From Camelus dromedarius (Eukaryota): a stretch of DNA of 64,000 nucleotides. Location: the NCBI RefSeq assembly GCF_036321535.1, contig NC_087436.1, positions 115,942,001 through 116,006,000 on the forward strand, in the 5' to 3' direction. Position 1 is the stretch's first letter, and the number at the start of each line of letters is the position of its first letter. The notes beneath the pieces are model-generated. The model had not been told where the DNA came from. It did not search any database and was given only the letters and a program-made list of their open reading frames with translations. The position numbers and the translations under genes are program-made. Below, piece after piece: positions 11,545 through 24,900 of this stretch.

Positions 11545-11752
11545 CTTTTAGTACCAAATTTTCAAATACACAGCAAAGCTGCAGGAACCTTACAGTAAAG
11601 GCCCACAGACCTGTAGAGTGAACGTCGATGGTTGGCAGGTTTCTACACTTGCTTCGTTGCGTATCTGCCCACCTGCTCATCACTGGATTCACCAATCCAT
11701 CCTGTTCTGGGATGCACTTTCAAGTAACCTGGCGACATCAGTGCACTTCCTT
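11545..11752 (-). mobile_element. Ancient L1 (L1MC-like) 3' end
   Basis: 'aaattttcaaatacacagcaaagctg…caatccatcctg…gatgcactttcaagtaacctggcgacatcagtgcacttc' resembles L1MC 3' end. Confidence 0.6.
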
Positions 11753-12219
11753 ATGGATCTGAGGTTGGTTTTAAACTGCCAGGAACTTTCCAACTTCATA
11801 GTTCATCATTCTTAAAACGATGCTTCTTATTGTAATAGCTTCCTCCCATTACCTGCGGCACAGTGAGAGGGACGACCACCTGTTCCCAGTGGTGACAGAC
11901 TTTGCATATTCTGCTGTGTTGCTGGATGAGACTCCCTAACAGTCAAACAGTTCATGCGACTTTTCTCCTCTCGTCCTGCTCATGGACCAGCTCTCTGTCT
12001 CTTTGGAAGACTTACCCACTATTTGGTCTCAGCGCTCTCTGCAGATCTGGTCTGCCTCCCCTTAACTCTAGTTACTTGTTCCATATTTGCCCATTTATCC
12101 AAATACGATGAGAATGATATGTGTGCCATGTGAGGAATCTGTTTAAACATCCCTATGAAGGCTGGAGTATAAAGAAAAGGAGAGAACGAAGAATTTGCCA
12201 TATAACAGGTCAGTTGCTT

Positions 12220-12520
12220 TATATTTTACTCCATAATATCTAACTAAATAATACATTTATATAGATATCTTATATATGATATGTAAAATAATTTTATAAT
12301 CGTTTGTTATTTATTTATCTATTGGAGAAAATATATAATGATATATACTTATATCTGTATTATAAATTATAAACATTGTATGTAATATTTATATATTACA
12401 GAATGCATATATAATTATAGTATGTAGATACTAAATAAATATTAAGTAAACAAATTTACCCATCTTTAATATATAAATATATGTTTATGTAAATACATTT
12501 ATATGATAGTAAATCTAGAC
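12220..12520. repeat. AT-rich low-complexity tract
   Basis: Near-continuous TA-rich sequence. Confidence 0.8.
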
Positions 12521-13649
12521 ATTACCTTTCTTTCAGTGAAACATGGAAAAACAAAAAAGAAATAAAAGAAAAAAAAAAGAATTGCCAAATTTTGAAAACA
12601 GTAGAATAGAACAGACTGATGCTTCCAGATTCATTGGGAAAATTGGAACGACTTCCATCTGGAAGGTGGGGGAAGCTAGTGGACTTTAAGGAGGTAATTG
12701 ACCTGATGGGAGCGTTTTGCTGCAGTTCAAGAGAGAAAGTCGTCAATGACTGCCATCACCCTCCACACACCATGTGACGCTGTCATCTGACTGAGGACAA
12801 GAAAGCACACATCCTTCCCTCCAAACACACATATTTTAGTTTCTATGGAGTTGCTAGAGAATAAAGTGAACAGTCACGAAATCTGCAGAAGGGCTCTGGT
12901 TCACACGCTGACATCTGGCTCGGCTCCATGCAGTCTTCACAGAATGTACAGCAAACTCCCCCAAAGCTTCCTTAGTGCTGGCAGTGGCACCGGGAGACAA
13001 GCACGAGGCAAAATATTAACACTTTGCACAGTGAGCAGGTCACACCATGTGAGCTCCGGGAACAAAGTGCATCTCTTTCCCCAGAGTTTACGCCGATGAC
13101 ACAGGCTCCTTGCACAGCTCATTACCGATGCTCTGATGGCTTCCCCCAGAAGAATGCATTGACTTTTGTTGTCATTGAAAAGATGCTCAAAAGATCAGAA
13201 TAATAAAATCCAGTGACAACAGTCTCTGCAGGAATGAAACGCTTCTGCTCAATGACGCCTGAACTGCCTGCATCTCGAAGAGGTGTTTCCCAGGGAGCGC
13301 TCTCTGCAAGGCGTTGCCTTTTGCTGGTGGTGCCATGACATCTGAGACAGAGGAGGTGTCGGTGCAGCATATGCTATCTCTCCAGAGGAAGGCTGGTGGT
13401 GGTGCAGAACAACGTAGAGACTTCCTCTTGGGGATGTTGGTACAGTCATGGCGAGCAGCACATCCCTCTGGCTCTTCCAGTCTTAAAGTACCTCCTCCAG
13501 GAGGGAAATTACCAGTGAGAGCCCTTGGCTCCCTTTGAGATCCCTGACACCCTCCTGGAAAATCAGCCTTCTTTCTCTACAGTGATTAACCCATCGGAAA
13601 TGAAATGCCAGAATGGGCCCTTGTTAGCAGTGCAGAACACCAGGGATTT

Positions 13650-13885
13650 TTTGAGTACCTGATACAGGCCTAATGGTTTACATACATTATCTCTAGTCAT
13701 CATCTACAACCGCGCAAGTTAAGCACAATTATTCCCCTTTTGCAGGCTGGGAGACTGAGGCAACACAAAATTAATCAACTTGTTTCAGGTCATGCCATGT
13801 TAAGTAACTACATGACGGATATGAGATTAAAAATCAGATCTATTAAATGATAAAGCTTGGGCTTTTTCCAATAATGTATGCTATG
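13650..13885 (-). mobile_element. MIR SINE
   Basis: 'ttattccccttttgcaggctgggagactgaggcaacacaaaattaatcaacttgtttcaggtcatg' reverse MIR core. Confidence 0.7.
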
Positions 13886-13959
13886 GTTGAAAAAAAAGTT
13901 TACTAACTGCTGCATTTCTTTACGTGCTAGGATTATGAGTCACGCAGGAGATGCATTTT

Positions 13960-14127
13960 AGAGCAGTCCTCAAAATGTAACGTTCATACAGACCACCTGG
14001 AGCTCTTGTTAGATACAGACTCTGGTTCAGCAAGTTGGGGTTGGGGCCTGGGACTCTGCATTTCTAGCAAGTGCCGTAGTGACACAGATGGTGCTTGATC
14101 AGAAACCCGTACTTGGAGTATCAGTGT
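13960..14127. mobile_element. MER5-type hAT-Charlie MITE
   Basis: 'cacctggagctcttgttagatacagactctggttcagcaagttggggttggggcctgggactctgcatttctagcaag'. Confidence 0.75.
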
Positions 14128-14603
14128 TTGGAGCACGCGATCTAGATGAGGAAGGCCCCAAGCCCTTTCAGACACAGTACTTGCACACGTTCGTATAAAA
14201 CAGCCTTCACGAGGTGAAAGTTCTCATGATCAGTGTCTTTTTTTGGGTCATCATTAATGATGGTGTCTAAAGATATTTCCACACCAGGCACATTTAATTT
14301 CCCGTTATTCAGCCCATCAACAGAGATACATTGGTTGTCTACAAGAATAGTTCCAGCTAGCATTTTTCTTTTGTTTTGCAGCTTAGAAAATGTCTTTACG
14401 TGTATGATGTCACCCAATGCCCATAAGAAGCAAAGAAAACAAAGTCGGCATTGTTACTGATTCAACATTAAGGTGATAATGTTACGGTTCAGAGAGAGAA
14501 GGTGACACAAAGCTGACTGGTGTCACAAATGTTGTTAAAATATTCAGTTTTTCTGAATCTCAGTATCATACCAAATCATAATTGGCAAGATCTCGGTGGT
14601 AGG

Positions 14604-15103
14604 TGAATCAGTCTGCTAGAGCTGTAGTCACAAAGTACCACAAACCAAGTGGCTTAAAAAAAAAAAAAAGAAAGAAATGTATTGTCTTTCACTTCCAGAG
14701 GCTAGAAGTCCAAGATCAGGCTGCTGGTAGGGTTGGTTCCTTTTGAGCCCCGTGAGGGAGAAACTGGTCCAGCCCTCTGTCCTGGTTTTGGGTGGTTTGC
14801 TGACAATTTTTGGTATTGCTTAGCTTGTAAACTCATCATCGTGATGGCCTCTTTGTGTTCAAATAATATTCTTCTTGTGTGCATGTTTGTTTCCAAATTT
14901 CCCCTTTTTATAAGGACACCTATTTGTTGAATGAGGGGCTCGCCCTACTCCAGCGTGACCTCAACTTAACTTAGCTAATTACATCTTCAATGACCCTATT
15001 TCTAAATAAGGTCGAATTCTGCTGCCCTGGATAGTGAAACCTGGATGGAGTTAAGACATCAATATAAGAATTTGGGAGACAGACTACAATTCAACCTATA
15101 ACA
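14604..15103 (-). mobile_element. MaLR solo LTR (MLT1C-like) with perfect 5-bp TSD
   Basis: TG…ACA termini; 'caaagtaccacaaaccaagtggcttaaa', 'ggctagaagtccaagatca'; GTAGG on both sides (14599-14603, 15104-15108). Confidence 0.9.
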
Positions 15104-16974
15104 GTAGGTGTTGCCTGGTCCCTGTTTGGGGGTTGCTTATAATCTACTTGGGTAACAACTATGTACGTATCCAAATTACTGCAATATGAACATTAGGAAA
15201 TGACAGGTTTCCAGGGAGTCTTGAAGACTCTTGAGTTGAAGGAGATAGTGCTCTCCTGTGTAAACTGAGGCAGTTTCTGTAAGTTGTCAATCCAGGTCCT
15301 TTTGGGGTATGAGTAAGACTTAGAAAGACACAGACGGGAAGAATATTCCAGACGTCAAGTACAGTGTCTGCTAAGGAAAGTAGAAAAGCCAATCTTCAAA
15401 TACGTTCTGAGAGCAGGAAGGAGAGAGATTTATTCTAAACTATATACAGTAAGAAAATAAGATTAAAATTAAGTAACATTGATTTTATATTTATTTCTGG
15501 AGAGAAAAATTAAACAACTCCAAGGTTTGGTCTTAGTCTGTAAAATAGAAATACAAGGTCCAACATCACAGGAATTGGCTCTTTTTTTAAATTTTAAACA
15601 TAAAAACAATGTGTGGTGAAGCTTGCATGCTAATGTCTTAATAAATGTCTGTGGTATGCTGGTAAAAACTGAAAACGAGCTGGTGTCTGAATCTACAAAG
15701 AACAATTACTGTTGCATTCTAAAATCTAAGTAACTTTTACACCAGGAAAGGATAGCTAATCTTGTATTGGATAAAAATGAACTAGTCTCTGTTTACAGGC
15801 CCGTGGATTTAAGAAAATAGGTTGTCATTTTAATTGACAGAGGATTCTGAGATTCTGTCAAGAGGATTTATTTAAATTCTCCTGGACAGGCTCAGAACTT
15901 ACAGTCCCGTGTGTGAAAACAATTCTTTCTCAGTTCAGAGAATGACATCTTTGGGGAGTTGTCTGTGAAAGGATGTAGTCACCAACATTCACAAAGAAAG
16001 AAACGTTCGTACCCTGGACAGAGATTATCTCACAAGATAAATAGCCGTGCCCTGATACAGACAGAAACGCATTTTGACAAGGTCAGAGACTCTCCTTATT
16101 CCTCAGGTCTCAGTACCCTGGGACCTGGGAGGTTCTTTGTCTGAGTCAAAGAGCTGAGGGACTGGTGGGGAAAGAACTCATTAATTTTGTCAATGCCCGT
16201 TCCTCCCCTCTTAGCTTTTACAGACTGTCTTAAGTAAAAGATGAGCTCTTCTCCATCTTCCTATTCTGTTCACAGAGTGATTTAAAAATGGAGCTTTCTA
16301 TTTTCAGCTAATATCATCCTCTTTATCTAATATTCACAGGCCCCATAAATCTGCCCCTTCCCCACTCCTCCTAATGTATAATCAATTTCTCCCCAGCCCA
16401 GAGCTTCACCATAAGCAAATTGGCTTCCCATCACTTTGAATGCAATATGCTTTCTTGACTTTTCATGATTGTTCTTAAGTTCTCCTCAATTAAGAGCTCT
16501 CTTCGTGATGTCTCTCCCCCGTTGCCTTTACATCGATCTCATCTTCGTCTAGGTTGGCGGAAGTCCTGCACATGTTCCACCGCTACCTATGCCAGGCTGG
16601 TGACAAGCATTACCAGAGGATCACAGCGCTTCATCCTGCTAAGCTTGGATGGGTGTCAGCAGGACTTTTTTTTTTTTTTTTTCCCATGAACACAGCTCTC
16701 CAGGGTCTCTCTACAAAGATTAAAATAAACAAATAAATACATAAACTGGAAGATTTTGAGTTGACAGAAAGATACAAGAGGAAGAATGGTGAGGATCGGG
16801 GTGGGGATTAAGATGATTAATGTGAATATGATTTACTAGAACACGGAGAGAGACATCGTGGGTAGAGCAAACACACAGATCAGATTCACAAGACGCACAA
16901 TGAGGGCTAAATTGAATGACAAGAATTTGACGCTCAAATCCAGAAGCAGTGTTCACGGGCGTTTTGTTTTTTAA

Positions 16975-17120
16975 CTATACATTACGTACCAGACGGTATA
17001 CCGGAAGTTTCACATATGCATCCTGATTCATCCCACTCGGTAACTTTATGGGCTATTATTGGCCCCCATTTTGTAGATCAGGAGCCTGTGTTCCACACAA
17101 TTTAATTACTTTGTCCAACC
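16975..17120 (-). mobile_element. MIR SINE fragment
   Basis: 'tattattggcccccattttgtagatcaggagcctgtg' reverse MIR core. Confidence 0.6.
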
Positions 17121-17724
17121 AATGAATGAATAAAAGGTAGTCTTCCTACTATGCCACCATAGGACATAGGAGACTGTCAGCAGATAAGTACACATGCTCC
17201 TAGTTTCTTACAAAGTCTTGCTAATCTTCTTGGGAACATTTTGAGTCCTTTACTTTGATTATCATCTCCTAAATTGTTTAAAGAAATCATTCTAACTAAA
17301 TAAAATGAAGGGTGGACTTGAAAGAAGGGAGTGAAGAAAAGTAATCATGTATGACAGAATTATATGAATGTGAACCTGAAATTTCTTAATCGAAACTATT
17401 TCATGGCTGGTCAAATCTCAGGGTGGAAAAGACAGAGTTTGTACAGAGCAGAATTTTCTTGCTCACTTATAGGCAAGTGTACACAAGTCATGTCTGATTA
17501 ATCCTCTGCTATTTAATTTAAGCTCCTTCCAATAGGCTTTGAGAATTGCAGGCATTCATTATTTTACTCAGCATAGCAGAGAAGCTGGGCATAAACTTTT
17601 ATCACTTGCCTTTTAGTCATCTGCTTGAGCATCGGTTTCTACAAGGAGACTCACAAACTTCAAAGAAGAAACAGAAGCCACCACTTAGCTCAGAGAGAAA
17701 GACATGGACCAGAACTCTAGATGT

Positions 17725-18040
17725 GCCATTCAGTCCTAGAACTAGTATATGTTGTCTGCCTGTTATGTGCCAGGCATTATTCTATATTCTTGGAATACGA
17801 GTGAACTTTGACCTCATGGCATTGTATTCCAGCAAGATTGACATAATAAATACTTAAAATCATATCCGGTATTAGAAGGCAATATGTACTAGGGGAAAAA
17901 GAAAATGTAGACCAGGGTAAAGGCAATCAGGAGTGCTGGGGGAGAGGTTTGCAATTTTAAATAGGATTGGCCCGTGGAGAAGATGCCACCTGAGTGATGT
18001 CTTAAAGCTCATGTAAGTTACCCATGCTTGGAAGAGGCAT
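17725..18040 (-). mobile_element. L2 LINE 3' fragment
   Basis: 'tgcctgttatgtgccaggcattattcta…gcaattttaaatagg…' reverse L2a-like. Confidence 0.7.
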
Positions 18041-18899
18041 TGTTAATGCTTCTTGTATAGGCGAGGGTTCACTGGGTTGAATCTATCCGGAGGATATCTG
18101 AGTTTCCAGATGCGTTACAGGAATACGTCAGTTAAGGCGTAGTGAACAGACTGGCCTGACCAAGCAGCCAAGCCGGCAATCTGCAGCAAGCTGTAAGGGT
18201 CTAAAGAAGCAGTATCAAGGGTGAAAAATAAATTTTGATCAAGAAGGGAGTCAAAGGTTAGAGCTGGAGAAGCAGTGCCAAGTGTCAAGCCTACTGTTTT
18301 AAACAGTAACTAATGACCTGAGATCGGAAGCCAAAAGAATGAGGGGCCTGTTATGAATTAAAATTCATCATGAATCAGAGAATTCCAGGAGCCTGATTTT
18401 AGCCTGAAATTGCTGGGCTGGCAAAGGTGAATTGAGGAAGTTAATTGGTGGCAAAGGTAAACCAGAACGCCCTGGATACCTAGCTGCCTTTCATTTGGCT
18501 ACTGTAGCAGTTTGGGAAAGACAGGTCGATGGGTGAGAGTCGGCATCGCCAAAGAAGCCAGGGTCAAGAATGTGCGTGCCTGATGGAGTAATGTTCTAGG
18601 CAGATGTCCCAATGTTAGATGTGAGGCTAAAGCTATGATTAGGTTTCTCTGGGGCATTTTATGGTGATTCGGTTTCCTCTTTTAAAGCTACCTGGTGTTA
18701 TAAAATGGAGTTGGATACCAAAGAAAGAGACAGAAATAGAGATGAGGCAGAGACATAGATAGAGAGAGACTGAGAGAAACAGAGACAGGCAGGACCAGAT
18801 CACACAAAATCAGGGAGGTGAACTAGGCCCAGGGTTAAAGTAAAGGAGAGAAGAAGGATGGCTGATAGAAAAGAAAATACAGACAAATAGGGCAGCATC

Positions 18900-19139
18900 C
18901 TCAGCCGAAGTGCTGCAATATGTAAAGAGCTGGAGGGTAAAACAAGTATCACAGAGCACATGAGAAGTAGACAGTTTTGATATTTTTATAATTAGCTCTT
19001 GGAAGCCCAGTCTAGAGTCAGTTTCTTCAGTCCTCAGAATAATTCAGTAAGCTATCCGTGTCCCTTTAAAGACAATCTTGCTGTTTAAGCAAACTGGAGT
19101 GAATTCTGTTTTCTGCAACTAAGAACTCTGAACAATACA
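18900..19139 (+). mobile_element. Old ERVL/MaLR-type LTR 3' portion
   Basis: Terminal 'gtttaagcaaactggagtgaattctgttttctgcaactaagaactctgaacaataca' is a typical LTR 3' end; 5' limit uncertain. Confidence 0.5.
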
Positions 19140-22014
19140 ACGGTCATAACGTTTCAGAAAAGAGACCAGGTAAGGCAAGGTTGATGCAATGTGCTTTTAT
19201 GTGTGCTTGGTCCCCAGACAGCAGTCCTAGCATGAGAGTTAAGTCATTTGATTTATGACCAATTCAAGACATAGGTCTCTCCCAGGAATATAATGCCCGA
19301 GTGGGTGCCTTAATATTATAAAACTGGTAACCAAAGTCATACATAAGATCCAGAAGGAAAGGGCTATGGAATGAAATGTGTGTGAGCATTGAAAAATTAT
19401 TACTTGGTCACATTGTTCCAAATTACAATTATTCTAGATAAGCATATTGTGGATTTCCAGATCATTGTCATATTTACCCAGTTGCAATCATTCATCACCT
19501 GACTCAATTGTCAAAATTTTAGAATAAAAATAGGGATATAAAGAAGGGGAAGAGATAAAGTAAGAGAAGAAGAGAAAGAGGAGGGGAGTGGGAAGAGGAA
19601 GAAAGGCTGTAGCCAAATCATCAACTTTAGGAACTGGAAAACGAGCCTGCGTTTCTCTGCACACACACTGCAGTTTTCATTTGTACGTACAAGGCACACA
19701 GTTAAGTAGTGGTAGAAGACAGTGTTATTTTGGGGGAAGAAAAAATTCTGCTCAGACCAGTAACGATTTGCTGAGCATCTAGTAAACCCCTAGTAAGCGA
19801 TTAGTTACTGAGTGACCAGGGAAACGTGATCCTTGAAGAACTTGCAGTAGGTGGGGATGTGGGGCCATGAAGAGTGCCATCGTAGGGTGTCACTGGAGGG
19901 AGCACAGAGCCTTGAGATTACGAAAAACATCAGTTAAAGCGGCAGCATCCTGGTTTGCTAAAAAACAAACAGACAAACAAACAGTGTTCTGCTGGTTGCC
20001 CTTGCCTGGATATATTAACAATAGTGTTCATTTTCACTCTCAGTTGCTTTGATTTGGAGAGTAAGTGAAAAACCAGGAAAAATCACGACGACTCCACTGA
20101 TCCAGGGGTATCAGGAAGGGCAACACGGTGCCTATACTCACCACCCCCACACCAGCTGCTTGCATCGAGGGAGGAAGTGCAAGGGTTTGATGTTCTCCAA
20201 GTTTTACTTGCTGAGTGGGGAGGTTACCGCCTTGTGAACATGGGTATTTCTATGTCTGAAAGGAGACCAACAAGGTCTGCCTTCTCCAGGTCACCGTGAT
20301 AGCCTCTCATCCTCTTCGCTCACTCCTTACGCCTGTGCAGGAAGGACCTCCCTCTCCTGGGCAGTAAATACACCTGGGCACGGTCCAACGTGTCTCTTCC
20401 AGATGAAGTTCTGCTCTACTGTGACCATCTCCGAGTTCCAGAAGCACTCCACAGCATCGCTGTAGCTATCTGCTCCACAAATCCGGGTGACTCTTCTGTT
20501 TTTTTAAAGTTACTTGAGTGTGCACGTCCAAAGATTTATATTTGGACTGAGAACTAAATAAAATTTTGACCTCATTCATGGGCCATGTTACCCTGTTTCG
20601 TTTTTTCATCAAAATTTGTCCAAAGGGGTGCACATTTCTAGCTGTTGAATTTAGTAGAATGACCTCTTTGCTTCTATTGATTGACATTAAAATAAGCAAA
20701 CATTGTCAATTTTATGAAGCAAATCTTACTAGTAAAAGACTAGTTCTCTTCACTGGGGTCCCACATCTCGTCCCCAAAGAACAGGGTTCCACTGCTCTGC
20801 TTTGAATACCGCTCGTACAACCTCCTCATTTTACTATTAAAAAATGCAAAACCCCTGGAGTTGAAGCAACTTCCAAATGTCACACAAGATATATTATAAG
20901 TTGGTTCCCAGAGGAAGTTGTTTTTGTTTTTCTCCCTTTTTATTTCTTTTTTTTTAAAGTGCACTTAAATACACTTCATGGGAAAAGCACCATTAGCATT
21001 TTGTATTTTTCTGTAGGTTTTTTTTTTTCTTCCCTGGGGATTATTCTACATCTGAAAGGGCATTATTCATCAGTGAATAATGGGAACGTTTTCAGGAAAC
21101 CTTTCTACTACAGCCCTGCTGGCCCTCGACTCTTCCCCGCAACTCACAGATGCAGAGTGTGTGACTGAGGCCAACGAGCAACTGCTGGCTTTGTAGGCAC
21201 TTTCTTACCAGCGTGAAAGTCACAGGACCCCCCCCACCCCCACCCCGGGTAAGGACAGCCATTCCCGCCTGCCATGACTGCAAGAGATAGTCACTGTCAC
21301 TGCCTCCAAAAATGAACACAGCAACTTTTATTAAAGAGTCCTCTTCAAATGGATGTCACTGAACACGTAAATTGGATTTACACACTCAGATTTGGGGAAC
21401 AGTGACTATAAACACAGCGCAAGACTCACATTCACAAAGTTATAGCAGACCGTACATACAAATCAGCTCTCATTGAATCTTTGAAAATGGGATCACATTT
21501 CTTCCAGATTTACCACGCACTGCACGCTGATTAACCAGAGCAAATTGTTGTCACCAAGCTCAGCAGAAAAAAGATGAAATGCCCACAATGGTTATTTCTC
21601 CTTCTTTCTCGGAGGGACTTTGCAGGTAATACATTTATAGAGTGTTTAATATGTGGTCCAAACCCAGCCTCTAGATTTTCCTGCCATTGGTGGTGTCGTA
21701 TGGATAAATCTCACCCCTTGGCATTTGCATTGATACAACAAGAACATACCATGCGGCACAAATAACCTCATTTCCATAAAACGGCCTTTTAAAATTAGAA
21801 AATGTATAATTCATTTGGGATAGTTATTACCGCTTTTGGACGGGAGGGATTTTAAACTTGTATTTAAATGCAAATAACTGTATTTTTTTCACAGTTGCAC
21901 ACAGGAAGCCACACCACGTAGAAACTCTAAGATATATCATTATCTTTAACTATAAATTTAGGATTGTGATATTGATTACAAAAGGTATTTGCATGTTCTG
22001 TTACAGTTTGCAGC

Positions 22015-22160
22015 AAGCTTTCACAGCTCAGATGTGACCCCCCACACTCTGCGAGGGAGACTTCCCCTTGTCCATGGGAGGAAACTGAGGCCCAGAGAAG
22101 TTAAGTGACTTCTCAGGGTCACACAGTCAGGAAGTGGCAGATCCAGTGCTTAAACCCCGA
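22015..22160 (-). mobile_element. MIR SINE
   Basis: 'gaggaaactgaggcccagagaagttaagtgacttctcagggtcacacagtcaggaagtggcaga' near-consensus reverse core. Confidence 0.9.
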
Positions 22161-22869
22161 TAGGAGAGCAGAATGGACCAACACAGACACCCGGAGAGAT
22201 TCAATAATGGGGAAAAGGTAGCCAGAAAGAGGGTGGAAGTGAGAGAGAGAGAGCAGAGGAGGAGGAAAAATTTCTAAAGGGCAGAAAATGCCCAGAAAGG
22301 AGGGGGCCAGGCAATCTCTCAGACAAGAATGCCTTTCTCCTTCTGCCACCCTCTGTGTGGTACCCAGTTCCCACATATTTAAAGAACAAAGGGAGACAGA
22401 ACCCGTGGGTGATTCACAATCAAGATGTCTGACCCTAGGGCCCTGGTCCCTTCTATTTAACCACGCTGTTTGTGTCTCCTTTGCTCCAGAAGGCTGTTTA
22501 TTCTAGAGTCACCTGAGCAGGGGGAAGTATCTCCAAGCCCCCACTGGAAACTAGTGGCTCACCTTTTGGGCATTAAATTTGTAGTTCCACAAAGGAGCCT
22601 TGTTTCTGGCCACTGGGTCTTTGCCTATCTTGAGGAGGTCTCGCTTCTTCCCTGTGCCGACTCCCCATTACCCTAATTCTTCCTTCCTTGACAAGGGTCT
22701 ACCCACTCTGCAAGCTTAATCTCAAGCAGGAGCCCCAGAGGAGAACCTGCCTGAAATCTCCTCCCATCATGAACCAGCAGCCTCCATCGTTTGGTGAAAG
22801 GACCCTCTCAGTCTCTAGCAGGAATGTCTGCTTCGCAGCAGCCTTCCCACTGGGCTCACGTCCTCAAAA

Positions 22870-23045
22870 CCAAAGATCTTTTCTTATTTATCTGCATGTC
22901 CCCAACGGTGTTATGGAGAGTGACATGTAGAAAGAATTCTAAACATATTTGCTGAATCCTAGTTCTGCTGACACTGTCTGTGTGACTTCGGAAAATTGCT
23001 GAACTTCCCTGAGCCTCAGTTTACTCATCTGAAAAATGGAGCTGT
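22870..23045 (+). mobile_element. L2 3' tail followed by MIR core
   Basis: 'taaacatatttgctgaat' L2 end, then 'tgtgtgacttcggaaaattgctgaacttccctgagcctcagtttactcatctgaaaaatgg'. Confidence 0.75.
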
Positions 23046-23774
23046 GATATGGGCAGAGAGAGGACCACACAAACTAGAAAGAAAATGTGCCTGGTTTATA
23101 ATAAAGTGTCAAGAAAATGACATACCATAATTACTACCGTAATTACTTGTGCTAACATTAAATAGTAAATCAATGTTTGAATACCAGAGATGCTGCCCTC
23201 AAAATCATTCTTTTTGCCTTTGGATATCTACTTGGTATCAACCATACTTCTTTCTACACAAAACGCCACCCGCCCCCCTTCCTGACCACATCCCCATTTA
23301 TGCTGCTATTACTAACCCCATCCTCCAGAATAGAAACATATGGCTACCCAGGACCTTGTATTTCTCCAGCCTCAATGTCATTTTCTAAAATAACATTTTA
23401 TCCTAAACCAGCTTCACTGTGGTATCTGCTTGTCAGTAATGGTTTGGAGTTACCATTCTCCCAGAACTTGAATTTAATCCATCAAGCTATCTTTTTCCCC
23501 TGCCATGTTTCATTTTCTCATTGGTTAAATGAGGAGGTTGGATCTGATGGATTCCAAATTTCTTTCCAATTCTAACCCCTGATTTTCAAAGAGGAAGTCA
23601 GTTTGATCAAAGGACTAAATAATTTAATATACTCTCTAATACTTGATATAGCAGTGAAATTGAAAAGCTTCCTGGTCCAAGATTCAGGAGCAAGAGGAAA
23701 TACCTGTTTGAATTTGAATAAGACATTTCCATTTTCTGAATCTTCTTACCTCATCTGAAAAATAAGGGTCAGAG

Positions 23775-23958
23775 AGGGCAGGATTGTCACCTGGGTGTGT
23801 TGCTGAGCCCTGGGGACGTGTGGAAAGTTGGGAGGCATTTTATTGTCACAGTGTCATTTAGTAGGTGAGGCTAGGGATATTAACTATTTTATAATGTAAG
23901 CAACACTCCTGGATAAGGAAGAATTACTACCCCCCCAGAGTGATAGTTGTTTAGCTGA
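23775..23958. mobile_element. MER20-like hAT-Charlie element inside a MIR
   Basis: 'ggggacgtgtggaaagttgggaggcattttattgtcaca…catttagtaggtgaggctagggatattaa…aaggaagaatta'. Confidence 0.55.
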
Positions 23959-23992
23959 TGTTTGGATGATCTCTATAGAATGTTCCAGTTTT

Positions 23993-24211
23993 TTTTTAAC
24001 ATTTTTTTTATTGACTTATAATCATTTTACAATGTTGTGTCAAATTCCAGTGTACAGCACAATTCTTCAGTTATGCATGAACATATATATATATTCATTG
24101 TCACTTTTTCTCTGTGAGCTACCATAAGATGTTGTGTGTATTTCCCTGTGCTATACAGTATAATCTTATTTATCTATTCTACAATTTTGAAATCCCAGTC
24201 TATCCCTTCCC
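23993..24211 (-). mobile_element. Young, heavily 5'-truncated L1 3' end (camelid type) with 13-bp TSD
   Basis: ATGTTCCAGTTTT duplicated at 23980-23992 and 24212-24224; endonuclease site TTTT/AA; body highly similar to the L1 3' UTR at 10765-10977. Confidence 0.95.
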
Positions 24212-24669
24212 ATGTTCCAGTTTTAACATTTTGTAAACAGCTAATTGAAATAATAGATGCTCAGTAAATTTGTGCTTAGAGAAAGCTTTTAGTTTTGGAG
24301 TAGCCTGACTTTCATAATATTATATGTAGCTCTAATTAACCTTGAAATTTCATGCTTGACCTATTTCAAAGAGCACAGATTTTGTCTCCTTTAAGAATGT
24401 GGTTTCCAGAAAATGTTATGCCCTCTCACTTCCTGTAACCTTTCCCTCATTCGCCCACATCAAAGCCAAAGCCTCATCGCAGCCTGGACCTGCAAGTATG
24501 AGAACGAGGAGAAGTGGGGCAGCATCTATCTAAAGCTCATTTGGACTTCTCATTCTATCATTAATCTGCTGGTAGCCTCAGTTCTAGGAAGCAAAACTAA
24601 AAATGGATCATGTCACTTCTGAAATTGCTGATTTTTATATTTATACAATTGTCTTTTAAAAATGTATAG

Positions 24670-24900
24670 CTGTTTTCTGAGCACTTGCTCTGAGCCGGAC
24701 ATCATTGCCAGTGACTTTGCAAACATTATTGTGACTGTAATAACCCTTTCATTATAGATTACTTCATTTTCAGGACAAGGAAAATAAGTTTTGGTGAGGT
24801 TTGTGAATTTTCCCAAGGATATACAGATACCAGCGGTTGAATCTAAGTTTGAACAAGTCTGTCCACTAAAAATCCATGATTTTGAACTACATGGCATTCT
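24670..24900 (-). mobile_element. MIR SINE
   Basis: 'ttctgagcacttgctctgagccggaca…cattttcaggacaaggaaaataag…ttttcccaaggatatacaga'. Confidence 0.65.

Noticed and set aside
13122..13538. Several overlapping open frames in unique sequence
   Set aside because: No recognisable domain in any frame and no clear splice-site pair.
14142..14417. 91-aa minus-strand ORF with protein-like composition
   Set aside because: Non-ATG start, no family I recognise, no supporting neighbouring exons.
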